NCBI GenBank assembly: GCA_030390025.1
Contig: CM059432.1
Coordinates: 59,956,001 to 60,020,000, forward strand
Direction: 5' to 3'
Length of the DNA stretch: 64,000 bases
From: Squalus acanthias
Lineage: Eukaryota
Shown here: positions 1 to 12,584 of the stretch, piece by piece
Layout: each line of letters starts with the position of its first letter
Position numbering within the stretch: position 1 is the first letter of the stretch
The notes under the pieces: model-generated
What the model was told of the DNA's origin: nothing
Seen by the model: only the letters and a program-made list of their open reading frames with translations
The model's database searches: none
Position numbers and translations under genes: made by a program

Positions 1-389
1 CCCTAAAATACATTTGCTAGATACATTAGCTGAATGGTGAGCCCTTCCTTCTGGAAAGATGACCCAAGGTAATTTCACATTCTTCCCCATTGTTTCTCTC
101 AGCACAGCTTTAAGTGGCACTACTCCCTTTAATCCACTTTGCGTTTTTTCTGCAACATCTGAGCCCTGCCATTTAATTAATGCTCTTGATTTGTTTTAAA
201 CAGGATCCTCACCCTCCTGTTTTTCGTGTCTGTTTTCTCAGCTATTTTTAAATCTACTGTTTGTGGTTCAGAAGATTTTTATGTGGTGGTGGGGTGGTAA
301 ACAAAACAGGAAGAGGTATGACCTTTGTTAGTTGCCTGTTTTAAATGACTGTTTCAGGTATTGATGGGAGGTAGGCAGCTACCAATGTT

Positions 390-1104
390 GGCCTGTATTT
401 TCCAATGCCTATGGGTGTGTACGAGCTGTGTACACACCTGTAGGGACCTCGCAAGTGCCGGTTTCAGGCATGCGAAGCGCATGCGCTGAAAACCGCCATT
501 TCCAATCTGTCAAGAATTCTCTTGACAGATCGCACGCCTGCCCTGGAGAAGGGCCTCTGCGGGGGGAGAGTTCGCTTTCTGCAGAACCTCCGCCTGCTGA
601 AATCCCTTAAAAATCTTACGCCTGGTAAAAGCAGGCGTAAGGCCTGCTTTTACCAGCATAAGAGTTTAAAAAAGTTTTTAAAAATGTTTTCACTCGTTTA
701 TAATTTAAAAATACTTTTAAAAAAGGTAAGTTTATTTTTAGCCCCGTAAAATACTATTTTGTTTAAAATATTTATTTTAATGTAATTTTAACTAATTTTA
801 AAAAAGTGATTTAAAAAAAAAAAATTTATTTAATGTTTTGATGTCTTTTTGGAATGATCTCCATTCATACTTTTGACGGGTCTAAGCTGAGAGACCTGTC
901 AAAAGTATGAAGGGAGATTCCCTTCTCCCATTGGTTCCCCATGGCCCACGTGATCCCAGGGATACCTGGGCCCTGCGCATTTCGTCGTGGAGAGGTCCAG
1001 GATCAGAAATGGCTGGACCTCTGGAGCCCTCAGGTAAGGGCGTAGGTTTTTTCCAGATCGGAGGCCTCCGCACGCAGGAAGCCTCCGATCGGAAAATATG
1101 GGCC
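390..1104. mobile_element. Non-autonomous Harbinger-like MITE
   Basis: Terminal inverted repeat ggcctgtattttcc ... ggaaaatatgggcc. GC-rich arms flank an AT-rich core. The internal motif aagtgccggttt..gcgcatgcgc..aaaaccg is shared with 44764-45507. Confidence 0.75.
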
Positions 1105-2702
1105 AATATGCACGTTCACCGGACAATGTTAATGTGACACAGTTTTACTTACTTGCATCAATTGCAGGGAAACATCAAAAAAAAGTATACAGTACATTTC
1201 CTTAAATAATCACTTTTAAGAAATTTTATTGACAGTTTTGTTAAAAAAAATCACCAAGTCATACAGTATTGCTCTTTCTCCATTCCCTCATCATTGTTAA
1301 AATATAGTTGCACTGTTTTAGCTTTTAGAATGTGTCTACTACATATGGAGGCGATTTCCTTCGTGTGTCATGGAAGTAAGGATTTATAGACAAGAAGTGT
1401 CTGTTGATGCAAGATTTTTAATTTATCAAAGATATAATATATATTTAGTGGTATAATAACAGGAAACAACAGCAGGCAATGGTAACAAGGACAGATCATA
1501 AACTTGACCCTAGTCATTTGTGGGAGTACTTGGGCCCCATAGGTAACTGATAGAGTTCCCATAACTCTTATTTTTCTCAGAATTATTTAGATGATTGACA
1601 GCTCATCTGCATCTTTTCAATATTGTAAATGGTAGGTTCTGGTATGGAGCAGCTGTCCTCATTAAGTTCATCATTGTGGCTGGCTTTGGGTAGTATTGAG
1701 TCCAAGTATTGAGTCTTCTCTGAGTCTGCAAAGCAAGGTTACAGTATTCCGTCACTTGTCGGATACAGGCTTCCTACAACACTGCTATTGTTATTGGTGA
1801 CCAGCATAACGTCAAACTACTGAAAGACCACCAATGAGAGGTGGTCTCATTGATTAACATTAAAGTGAGTTTGGGATGGTACCAAGAACTCTAAGCTACA
1901 CTTTTGTGACCAGCTTTATAAACGTGAGAGATATTATGCATGTAATATGAACTTACGACAAGGAAAGTGCGAAAAGCCCATCAGGCCTATCAATATATTG
2001 ACCCTATTTTTTAATTTACTGAAGGGATATGAGTTGCTTCCCTTCAAGAGCGTGTCTATCCAAATGCCTATAATCAGACTAATTAGCTCTTGAGTGAGTC
2101 ATACTTCTTCCAGGAACTTCAAGAGTTGAAGCTGTCTGATCTGGTAAGTTATTAATTTGTTAATTAGCCTAAACTTTTCTCCTAATATCATCAAGCTTAC
2201 TGTGTTCATTATCTTCACCCTTAAGTTACAATTTTTGATGGAGAAAACAAATATCTCTTCCCCTACTCCACTATTTTCTTCTGCATCATACTGTACAGTT
2301 TCTGAAATTTCAGTTAGCTTCATATATTGGCGACATTGTGTACTGGTCTCACTACATTGTTTACACTGTTAAAATCAATGAGAATGCCAAACATTCAGCA
2401 GAAGTTCTCTTGTGAGAAACATCTTGCTGGACTTTGAGCCATCAGGCCAGAACATGAGCATTTATGACCAACAGTTTCTCTACCTTGCTTCATCATTCAA
2501 GCCCTGTTTCAGGACCTAATCTTATCATTTTACATCTTTTTCCGATCCCATTTCAATTCACTCTACTTACTGAATTAATAATTGATCCAGCTCCTTTCAT
2601 GTAAACATTAAAAATCAGAATTTGTTTTCCGGCTACTTTCCTTCTCCTTTTGTGATATTTGCTGCAGGGCTGCCATGTACTCCCTATTTCGCACAGTGCA
2701 CA

Positions 2703-3030
2703 ATGGGTTTTCCATTGGGAATTCTCCTAAATCTTTACTTTTTGTCAGAGGTGGAGGAGCACGGAGGGGATGCCAGCCTGGTTAGGCTGCACCAGAGGTG
2801 TACAGCACACACCTACTGATATCACCACACCAATATCTCAAGTTGTCCAAGGAGAAATGCCCGCAGAGGCTGCCTTTTACTAAGGAAACCATCACTGATT
2901 TATGCCACTTGCTGCAACTCCATATATAGCCCACCTCTGCCACAGATACTGCACCACTCATAATTGTTAAGGTCACAACTCATCTGAACTTTTATGCAAC
3001 AAGGTCATTCTGAGCTTCCACTAGGGACAT
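2703..3030 (+). pseudogene. Harbinger (HARBI1-like) transposase remnant, part 1
   Basis: Degenerate N-terminus (YLKLSKEKCPQRLPFTKETITDLCHLL...VKVT..LNFYAT) parallels the transposase at 39860-40300. It is interrupted by a CR1 at 3031. Confidence 0.7.
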
Positions 3031-5096
3031 GAACATACGAATTAGGAGCAGGAGTAGGCCACTCGGCCCTTCGAGCCTGCTCCGCCATTCAATAAGATCA
3101 TGGCTGATCCGATTACTCCACATTCCCGCCTACTTTTCACCCCCTTGCTTACCAAGAATCTATCTACCTCTGCCTTAAAAATATTCAAAGACTCTGCTTC
3201 TACCATCCTCTGAGGAAGAGAGTTCCAAAGACTCGCGACCCTCTGTGAGAAAAAAATTCTCCTCATCTGTGTCTTAAATGGGCGACCCCTTATTTTTAAA
3301 CAGTGACCCCTAGTTCTAGATTCTCCCACAAGAGGAAACATCCTCTCCACATCCACCCTGTCCAGACCCCTCAGGATCTTATATGCTTCAATCAAGTCAC
3401 CTCTTATTCTTCTAAACTCCAGCGGATACAAGCCTAGCCTGTCCAACCTTTCCTCATAAGACAACCCGCCCATTCCAGGTATTAGTCTAGTAAACCTTCT
3501 CTGAACTGCTTCCAACGCATTTACATCCTTCCTTAAATAAGGAGACCAATACTGTACACAGTACTCCAGATGTGGTCTCACCAATGCCCTGTATAACTGA
3601 AGCATAACCTCCCTACTTTTGTATTCAATTTCCCTCATAATAAATGATAACATTCTATTAGCTTTCCTAATTACTTGCTGTACCTGCATAGTAACCTAGG
3701 ACACCCAGATCCCTCTGCATCTCAGAGCTCTGCAATCTCTCACCATTTAGATAATATGCTTCTTTTTTATTCTTCCTGCCAAAATGGACAACTTCACATT
3801 TTCCCACATTATACTCTATTTGCCAGATCTTTGCCCACTCACTTAACTTATCTATATCCCTTTGTAGCCTCCTTATGTCCTCTTCACAATTTACTTTCCT
3901 ACCTATCTTTGTGTCATCAGCAAATTTAGTAACCATACCTTCGGTCCCTTCATCCAAGTCATTTATATAAATTGTAAAAAGTTGAGGCCTCAGCACTGAT
4001 CCCTGTGGCACGCCACTCGTTACATCTTGTCAATCAGAAAATGACCCATTTATGCCTACTCTCTGTTTCCTGTTAGCTAGCCAATCTTCTATCCATGCCA
4101 ATATGTTACCCCCTACACCATGAGCTTTTATTTTCTGCAATAACCTTTGATGTGGCACCTTATCAAATGCCTTTTGGAAATCTAAGTACAGTACATCCAC
4201 CAGTTCCCCATTATCCACAGCACATGTTACTTCCTCAAAGAACTCCAATAAATTGTTTAAACATGATTTCCCTTTCACAAAACCATGTTGACTCTGCCTG
4301 ATTACTTTGAACTTTTCTAAGTGCCCTGCTATAACGTCTTTAATAATAGCTTCTAACATCTTCCCTATGACAGATGTTAAGCTAACTGGCCTGTAGTTTC
4401 CTGCTTTCTGTCTCCCTCCCTTTTTGAATAAAGGAGTTACATTCGCTATTTTCCAATCTAATGGAACCTTCCCCGAATCTAGGGAATTTTGGAAAATTAA
4501 AACCAATGCATCAACTATCTCACTAGCCACTTCTTTTAAGACCCTAGGATGAAGTCCATCAGGACCCGGGGACTTGTCAGCCCGCAGCTCCAACAATTTG
4601 CTCAGTACCACTTCCCTGGTGATTATAATTTTCTTGAGTTCCTCGCTCCCTTCCATTTCCTGATTTACAGCTATTTCTGGGATGTTACTTGTATCCTCTA
4701 TAGTGAAGACCGATGCAAAATACCTGTTCAATTCAACTGCCATCTCCTTATTTTCCATTATTAATTCCCCAGACTCACTTTTTATAGGACCAACGCTCAC
4801 TTTGTTAACTCTTCTTTTTTAAATATCTATAGAAACTCTTACTATCTGTTTTTATATTTCTAGCTAGCTTTCTCTCGTATTCTAATTTTTCTCTCCTTAT
4901 TAATCTTTTAGTTATTCTTTGCTGTTTTTTATATTCTGTCCAATCTTCTGACCTGCCACCCATCTTTGCGCTATTATATGCTTTTTCTTTAAGTTTAATA
5001 CTATCTTTAACTTTTTTAGTTAACCACGGATGGTGGGTCCTCCTCTTGGAATTTTTCTTTCTTGTTGGAATGTATATATCCTGTGTATTTTGAAAA
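3031..5096 (-). mobile_element. CR1-clade LINE, 5'-truncated, disrupted ORF2 (reverse transcriptase)
   Basis: ORFs 4030-4800, 3667-4011 and 3042-3689 carry KSPGPDG, NYRPVSLTS, YLDFQKAFDKV, PQGSVL, FADDTK and LVRPHLEYC. The 3' tail lies at 3031-3060, and acat is duplicated at both flanks. Confidence 0.95.
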
Positions 5097-5186
5097 ACAT
5101 TAGCTGATCAGCTGGGCAAAGTTGCATTACGCAAGTCACAGATGCATTGTTTGCTAAGCAAACTATTTTATCTCCCTCCCTGTATC
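5097..5186 (+). pseudogene. Harbinger transposase remnant, part 2
   Basis: Encodes CITQVTDALFAK, matching CIRKVTDALF (20.67 kb) and CVREVTEALS (40.35 kb). Confidence 0.7.
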
Positions 5187-5613
5187 TTAAATTATGAGGA
5201 CAGTTTGCATAAACTTGGCTTGTACTCCTTTGAGTATAGAAGTTTAAGGGGTGAGCTGATCGAGGTATTTAAAATGTTCAGAGAATTTGTGAGGGCAGAT
5301 ATAGAGAAACTATTTCCTCTAATGGGGGAATCAAGAACAAGGGAACATAATCTTAAAATTAGAACTCGGCCATTTAGGAGGGAAATCAGGAAGCAGTTTT
5401 TCATCCAAAGAGTAGTAGAAATCTGAAACTCTCTCTCCCAAAATGTTGTGGATACTGGGACAATTGGAGCTATCAGAACTGAGATCGATAGATTTTTGTT
5501 AGGTAAGGGTATCAAGGGATATGGAGCTGAGGTGGATAAATGGGGTTATCAGCCATGATCTAATTGAATGCAGAGGAGGCTCGAGGTGCTGAATGGCCTA
5601 TTCCTGTTCCTAT
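5187..5613 (+). mobile_element. CR1 LINE 3' fragment
   Basis: LNYEDSLHKLGLYSFEYRSLRGELIEVFK...ESRTREHNLKIR, followed by a CR1-type 3' UTR ending gaatggcctattcctgttcctatg. Confidence 0.9.
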
Positions 5614-6305
5614 GCTCCTATGGACAACCAGCAGCAGCATTATAGGGCACTGCAATCTTATAGTGGCAGGATTCTTGAAGGTCCAAGGAGTCACAGATTG
5701 CCTGCACATGGGCCCTACATGTTACCTTGATCAGTGCCACTACTTACTTAAGAATAGGAAAGGATTTCACTCTCTCTATGTTCAAATCATTTATGACTAC
5801 CAGCACTGGGTCATACAGGTGAATGCTCACTTCCATGGTGGCTGTCACAATTCATTTATTTTAAGGCAATCCAGTGTGTCAACACTTCTCCTTGAAGGGG
5901 AAGTTTCAGGTGGATCCTGGGAGATCAAGATTATCTTCTGCAGCCATGGCTGAGGACATTTGTGTGACATCCTAGTACATGAGCTGAGCATTGATACAAT
6001 GAGGTCCATGTAGCCATCAGATTCATAATTCAGGACCTCACTGATATGTTGAAGGCATGCTTCAGGTGTCTGGACTGATGTGGGGCACCCTTCAATATAG
6101 AGTGGCCAAGATCTTTATAATTTTGATGGTGTGTTGCACATTTCCTTACAAAGAGGCATCATTATTGGAGGCCCCAAAGAAGGAAGGCACCAAAAGTAAA
6201 TATGGGAGTCAGCCAGAGGATCAGCAACAGCCTAAAGAAGATACAGTGGAGAACCCATTGGCGGTTGCAAGAGACATTCATGCTACTCTCATAGAGATCT
6301 CTTGA
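5614..6305 (+). pseudogene. Harbinger transposase remnant, part 3 (DDE core)
   Basis: AGFLKVQGVTDCLHM and KNRKGFHSLYVQIIYD...VNAHFHGGCHNSFILRQS in ORF 5564-5953, with frameshifts and stops. Confidence 0.85.
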
Positions 6306-6605
6306 CTTCCATATTTAGTCACTTCATAAACAGTCCTGCCTACATTTTCCCCCTTCCCTCCACAGAGAGGCAATAATCTACAGAGCAGTTTTGGCAGAGG
6401 AGAGCAGGGAAGAAAGGCCGAGCAGAGCCTGATATGGTTGAGCCAGATTTGATACTGGATGGCTAAAGCCCAGTAATACATAAGGTTCACTAAAGTTTGC
6501 ACCCCTTGGATTTGAGGCAGCAAAGATGGGGCTGTACTAAACTCCATTCATGTGACCTAATTAAAGCACACCTTTTCTCAAACAAAGTCTTCATGCAGAG
6601 CCTTA

Positions 6606-7108
6606 GGGGGGAACTTTAACTCCCTCTGCCTGGCAGCAACCAGGTGGAATGGGAGTTAAAATCCAAGCAGGACACTTACCGCTCTTTTACTGCCTTGAGG
6701 CCATTTTAAAGCTAATATTAATTTGGGCGGTTGAGGTGCCTGACTCAGGCGATGGCCTCATGTATACATGTAAATCAGAGTCCTTTAGAGTACATAAGAC
6801 CCAAAATCCATTTTAACAGCCTACTGGGCAGAACAACAGCAGTGGACAATCCGCTCAGTAAAACCTGGCGAGCAAGAAGAGGCCTTTATAGGTAAGTGTA
6901 AAAATAATTTTTGTGGGTCAGGGCGAACAGGGGTCCCACAAAGAAAGCTTGGGCCGCTGCCACCTGGCTCCCTTCCAATCATGAAACTCTTGCCGCATCT
7001 ATGTAAATGAACCCTTGCTCTTAAAATAGACCAGGCCTCTCGCAGCACCTCCAAGGCAGCAGGCCTGCGTATTTCACCAATCAACCACCTGGGATTTAAA
7101 ATTCCCAG
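6606..7108. mobile_element. Degenerate Harbinger-like MITE
   Basis: Termini gggggaactttaac ... tttaaaattccc. Internal similarity to the elements at about 43425 and 47059. Confidence 0.5.
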
Positions 7109-7494
7109 TTTAATGCCATCATAATTTTATCATGAATCCATATTGTGAGTGTGTGTATGTGTGACTAGTGCTTCTTATTACCATGTTTTTTTCTTGGGTC
7201 CAGTGTGTGAAGTATGGACTCCTAACCCTTATCTAGTGTTTCTCCTCGATGCTACCTGAGTGGCAGGAGTGCAAGAGGTGTCTGGCTGTGGTGTGTCTCA
7301 ATGTGAGCCTCTTGGGGCTGAGATGGATCTCATGTCATGGTAGCCAAGTTCTGAGATGGACATGTTGCAGGTTCTTCCAGGAGGGTTAGTATAGGTAGGC
7401 CATTATAAATGACTACCAAGGATCCTAGAAGTCCTGCTACTTCCGGTTGAGATTGCAGAAAGGAGAGAGAGATCTCCAGATATTTATAGACACT

Positions 7495-7650
7495 GGGTTA
7501 AAATTTCCACCGGGGTTTTCCTGATCTCCCACCATAACGTCAACAGAAACAACGTAACCAACCATAAAGGCTGTTTCTCCGGTGTTTCTGGAAATCTTCC
7601 ATCAAAGTTACTGCAGGAAAATGGGGGAATTCTCCCCAGAAATTTTACCC
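7495..7650. mobile_element. Short MITE
   Basis: 13-bp TIR with one mismatch: gggttaaaatttc ... gaaattttacccc. Confidence 0.65.
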
Positions 7651-8415
7651 CAATGAGTTGTTTCCGTTTACAGGCCTTGCTTTGAGATTTCAGTTTCAGA
7701 CCTTGACCTTTATAGGGTTTCTGACCCACAGCATCAGTTTACATCCTCAGGTTGCTATTCCTGTCTGAAAAGTCTAAGTCTAAGTCTGAGGCTCTACATT
7801 TCTTTTATTTCCTCTGGGAGCTTTCAATGTCAGAGCCACATTTGTAATTTCTAGTTGTTTTGAGCTTGTTTAGAAAGGATAGAGATAACCACATGCTGTG
7901 GGTCTCTATTGCCTCGCCAGGCTAAATCTTATTAGATTTTGGATCAAATCTATGCTTGCTGGTGCAGATATTGATGTCTGTACTTCATTCATTTAACGCC
8001 TTATCAAGCTTGAAATTGATTACCCCTCCATCCTAGCAGCTTTTGGATGCTCTGACTCTTATACCTTTCAAAAGTTCTCCGAAAGACCAAAGGAGAAGCT
8101 TTGAGATGTTGAAGTGTCTGTCAGATTTATTGAGGGTAGAACAGCCCTAAATATAAATTAATTTTTATTGGGAGTTACTTGCTGTTGCATTTTCAGCATT
8201 TATTTATGTATAGCCAAACTGGTTTGTGTTGATTTGTGAATTATCAATCTTATCCTCCGACAAAGATAAGAACAAAGAAATCCTTATTTGGTTGTGTTTA
8301 GCATTATGTTACTGATACTTATACTATTCTGTTTTTCTATTGGGTAAGTTCAACCACTACTGCATGCATTCTAAGACCAGGATGACCCTGAACAAGGCTG
8401 AGTAAATTTGTTATA

Positions 8416-8625
8416 TAAACAGAAAATGCTGGAAATACTCAGCAGCTCAGGCAGCGTCTGTGGAGAGAGAAACAGAGTTAACGTTTCAGGTCGATGACCT
8501 TACGGCAGAACTGGAAAAGGTTTTAAGCAAGTGCAGAGGCAGGCAAGGAGAGGAGGGGAGGAAAAATCAAAAGGGAAGGTCTGCGATAGGGTGGATGGCA
8601 GGAGAGATTAAATGACAAAAGGGAT
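8416..8625 (-). mobile_element. Penelope-like retroelement terminal fragment with degenerate minimal hammerhead
   Basis: The minus strand reads ctgccgta-aggtc-atc-gacct-gaaa-cgtta-actctgtttctctctccacagacgctgcctgagctgctgagtatttccagcattttctg. Related pieces occur at about 57290-57450 and 63301-63402. Confidence 0.55.
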
Positions 8626-9319
8626 AATGTTTGTAAATGGTGTAAATGATGTAAATTTGTTACCAATTGTTGAACTTGACCTTCTGCTTTAGCAGATTTC
8701 CTGGGTTCATAGTTCTCAATAAGCATCTCCTGTTGTAGATCCACTTGCTATCTGTTGCATCCTGAGCGCTTATCTTGCACCGGAACCTGCACCTCTGCCA
8801 GGATGTGAAAGCAATTACAAAGCAGCAAACTGCTGTTTGCCTTCTCCACATTTACTTACCTGTTGTTCAACTCATGCATCCTAACATATGCAGGATTGAA
8901 AACAGAGTTTAAATTTATATCTATTAATGATGATTTGGCATGTTCAGAAAACATTTTCTCATTCATAAATTCATCATAACTTTTGTTAATACTAAAGGAG
9001 GCCTTTACCATCTATTCCACGTTCTCCATTGTGGTCCAAGATACTTTCACCCATTGAAGCCATTTATAGTGCTCTTAGACGATGTTTTCTCTCTATAAAG
9101 CATACACTGGCCTCTCCTATATGATCCTTGTGAATGGCTTTTTCAGCATTGTTGCAAACAGATAATGTTGTACACATGTTATTTGTGTCAATAAAGCTCA
9201 TCATATTCCCTCCTAACTTCAGTTCTTTCTTTATTTCAATGCTCTATTAAGTTCACCTATGAGACACTTATTCATTCCCTTTTATACTTTAGGAACTTAT
9301 TCGGGATGTTATCTTTATT

Positions 9320-9768
9320 AAGGGGATGGGGGATCTTAGCTACAAGGACAGGTTGGAGAAGCTGGATTACTTTCATTAGAGCAAAGAAGGTTGATGGGTG
9401 ATTTGATAGAGGTGTACAAGATTATGACGGGTTTGGATAGGCTAGACGGGGAAAGGCTGTTCCTACTAGTTGATGGTACAAGGATTAGGGGACACAGATT
9501 TAAGGTTTGGGCAAGAGATACAGGGGGATGTGAGGAAAAACTTTTTTACACAGCGAGTGGTGATGATCTGGAATTCGCTGCTGACGGAAGTGGTGGAGCG
9601 GAGACACCTCAATGTTTTCAAGGGGAGACTGGATAGGCACTTGAGGGAAATAAACTTGCAGGGCTACGGGGATAGAGTGGGGGAATGGGACTGACTGGAT
9701 TGCTCTACAGAGAGCTGGCACAGACTCGATGGGCCGAATGGCCTCCTTCTGTGCGGTTATGACTCGAT
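9320..9768 (+). mobile_element. CR1 LINE 3' fragment
   Basis: GDLIEVYKIMTGLDRLD and RKNFFTQRVVMIWNSL, with 3' UTR gatgggccgaatggcctccttctgtg plus a tatgactc tail. Confidence 0.9.
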
Positions 9769-10391
9769 GGGGGAAAAATTCTGTTGATTTGCGCCTCCCA
9801 TTAGCGCGGGAGGTTAACGGTGGTGGTAACCGCTAGCGCCCCGCGTGACTGTGCCTCTGTCATCGCCGTGTGCAGCGCCCCGCTTGCGCCCCGGCCGCGA
9901 TCTTCGGTAGCGCCCCCCGACTTACCGCCAGATGCTATGTCCGACAGGGTCAAGAGGGCCTACCTGCGGCCAGGGCAGTGCAAATTAAAGGGGAGATGCC
10001 GAGCAGCCATTTTTGTTGCTGGCCACCGGCCAGCACCTGCCCCCGTTGCTGTCCCCGGCTTCCTGTGCAGCCCCACCGCGGGGTGCCGGCTACGCTCCTT
10101 GAGCCTGGCACTTCTCTTGAGTGCCGGGCTCTTTTGCCAGCACTCCGATCCCTGGTGGCCCAGCTGGGCCCTGGGTCACGCAGTGCTAGGCCCCTCCCCT
10201 TTAATAAGGGGAGGAAGGCCTGCAGTACAGCGGCGCGATGTGCCACTGCGCGTGGCGCTGCTGCACGTAGCGCCGCGATATTCACTCGCAGCGCCCCAAG
10301 AGGGAGGCGGGGCGCTACTGGAAGCGCCCCGCCTCCCTCTTGGGGCACTACCAGTGAATTTCGGGCGCGGGGGCGCTAACTTTTTTGGGGC
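9769..10391. mobile_element. GC-rich Harbinger-like MITE inserted in the CR1 tail
   Basis: Left end gggggaaaaattctgttgatttgcgcctcc matches the 28399 family end. The CR1 tail repeat (tatgactc) resumes after 10391. The right TIR is unclear. Confidence 0.65.
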
Positions 10392-11854
10392 TATGACTCT
10401 AGACGCCATACTACTATCACTTATTTCACTTTTCTGTAAATTTTCCTGTCAGAGATCCTTTTGCTGAATTTTCCTAGACCTGGGATTCACATTTACCCAA
10501 GATCATATAATTTCTGGTTTCAGTTTGGGGATAAAATCTTTTCATATATCAACTTCATCATCTGCCCATCAAAAATCATGGTTTGCTTTTCCATCTTTCT
10601 TTTACTGCAGTCAATTCCATCTTCAAAATATTGTGGAGCCATTAAAGCCAAAACTCTGTATCCTCCTAGTTACGGTCATAGTATACTCCTCTCACTTTTC
10701 CTGTTTAGCTTTGACAACTTGCTTACAAATGTCTTTATATTCCCTCCATTTAACTTTACCTGGGTCAACTCCCACTTCATTGTTTGTCTGCATCCCCCGT
10801 ACCTTTGTCTTGAGACATTACTAGTTTGGAATGCTGAAAGTTTACCATGATTTTATGAGGAGGTAAACTGTTTTCTTTAAGGATTTTTTGGTAAGTGACC
10901 ATTAAACTGTAGGTATTCAAGCAGTACATTTATGTCACTCATCACAATTCACATGATGCGAAATTGATGTAATTATGTGCTGTGCACTTCCTTATAAAAA
11001 AATGAGTGTCAGCACATGAAAGATACTTTTCAAATCTTGACTACCAAGGAAGTATAAAGAAATTTTAGGAAGAAAATACAAACTCCAGGGCCTATTTTAG
11101 GATTGTTAGTCATTTTCACACCAAAATAGTGATGTGAAAAATGGTAACAATGGTGTTTAAATTAATTTTGTCAGTTTTAATAACACATCTTGTTTACCTC
11201 AGTAGCAAAGTCTTACAGCTAGTGGGCTAAAAACAGCCATTAACCTAATTATTAGGAGGCAATCCCATTAATTTATGCAAGTCTGCATTTTCTGTTATTT
11301 CATACCACATTATAGGTGCTTTTACACTACTGGAGTATAATTGGAGGCAGTCACCCATCTCCCTCTGTTAGCTGCACTCCACAATGTAAAAAAGCCAAGC
11401 TTCTAGGAGCTGATGTGATCCCAGACCAATGAAAATATGGGTCTACAAATGTTTCATCAGATTAACTGAGCTAGGGAAATAAGCTCAGGCAGTCAGTCCT
11501 CAGGTTTTCATTCAACATCTTTGCATTACACAATGGGGCCCAACAGCACAGCCGAGACTGGCTATCGACTGACAGCCTGGACGTGTGAGAGTGGTGCACG
11601 GAGGTTGATTTCCTAAAACAGGATCCCAGAACAAGCACGAAAATAAAAGCACCTTATGAGTAACAATTAAATCTGGTTTTATTACCACCAGGATGCTTCA
11701 GTCAATTTGTTGATTTTTTTGTATGTTGGAATTAATGACTTATTTAAAATGAGTATTTAAATCTTATCAATACATTTTATGAAGCAATACAAACATGGCT
11801 TTTAGTAACATTGCTGATTTGTGCAATATGTGTAACATACCCATTATATTATAT

Positions 11855-12226
11855 GGCCCCAACTCGGCAGCTCCCAAAGGAGCAGTTGGGCTATCTCTAG
11901 AAGGCAATCAATGCCCTCTTGGATTCACTACCTACTCTCTCTTGAATTTTGGGGCCCTTGGAAGGCACATAACAAACCTGTTCTCAGTAGGAATAGGTTC
12001 CATTGGGCATAGCAGGACCTGGATCAGTCGGCATTGCTTGGAAAGCCCGAGAACTCCCCGATCCGCAACTCTTTATGTGGGGAAGGTGATGCGTGAAAGA
12101 TCCACTCATGGCCCCCCCCCCCAAACAGAATTTCCCAGTGCCCTCTGAGGTCACGCTCCATTATCTGGCCCCCGACTGACACGTACGCCAGTAGTGTGAT
12201 CAGAGCTGGATTAGATATTTGGCCCC
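11855..12226. mobile_element. Possible degenerate MITE
   Basis: GC-enriched block bounded by ggcccc... and ...gatatttggcccc within AT-rich flanks. Confidence 0.35.
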
Positions 12227-12584
12227 ATACAATTCTTCAAGTGGCTTCTTCCACATAAATATATTAATGAAAGCAACTTCCAGTGGCTAAAAGAGAACCA
12301 CATGAGGTGTGCTGTTCCAGAAACTGTGATAGTTCCAAATTGGAAGGTGAGTTGGCACCATGCTGCAGTTTTCCAACCTGTATATTTGAATAATTTCAAC
12401 TAATTGTAAACAGGCTGAGAAAATGTTCCATACCCCATCTTAGCAGAGTTGTATGCTAAGATATTAGATACAATTGAACCTTTAGTGAACTGCATAGAAA
12501 TACTGAAGCATGCAACAGCAACAGGATATGTAAAATCAAGAACCAACTTCCATTAACTGTGGATCCACTTATTTTCTGTTCAAA

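Noticed and set aside
3031..5096. Active autonomous LINE
   Set aside because: 5'-truncated, lacks the endonuclease, and has a stop and an internal deletion with frameshift near 3690.
8660..8880. Minus-strand micro-exon (MHELNNR) and adjacent exon-like segment
   Set aside because: Weak acceptor, and no consistent reading frame could be supported.
9820..10467. 215-aa and overlapping ORFs
   Set aside because: They lie in a GC-rich MITE where stop codons are rare, and have no recognisable domain.
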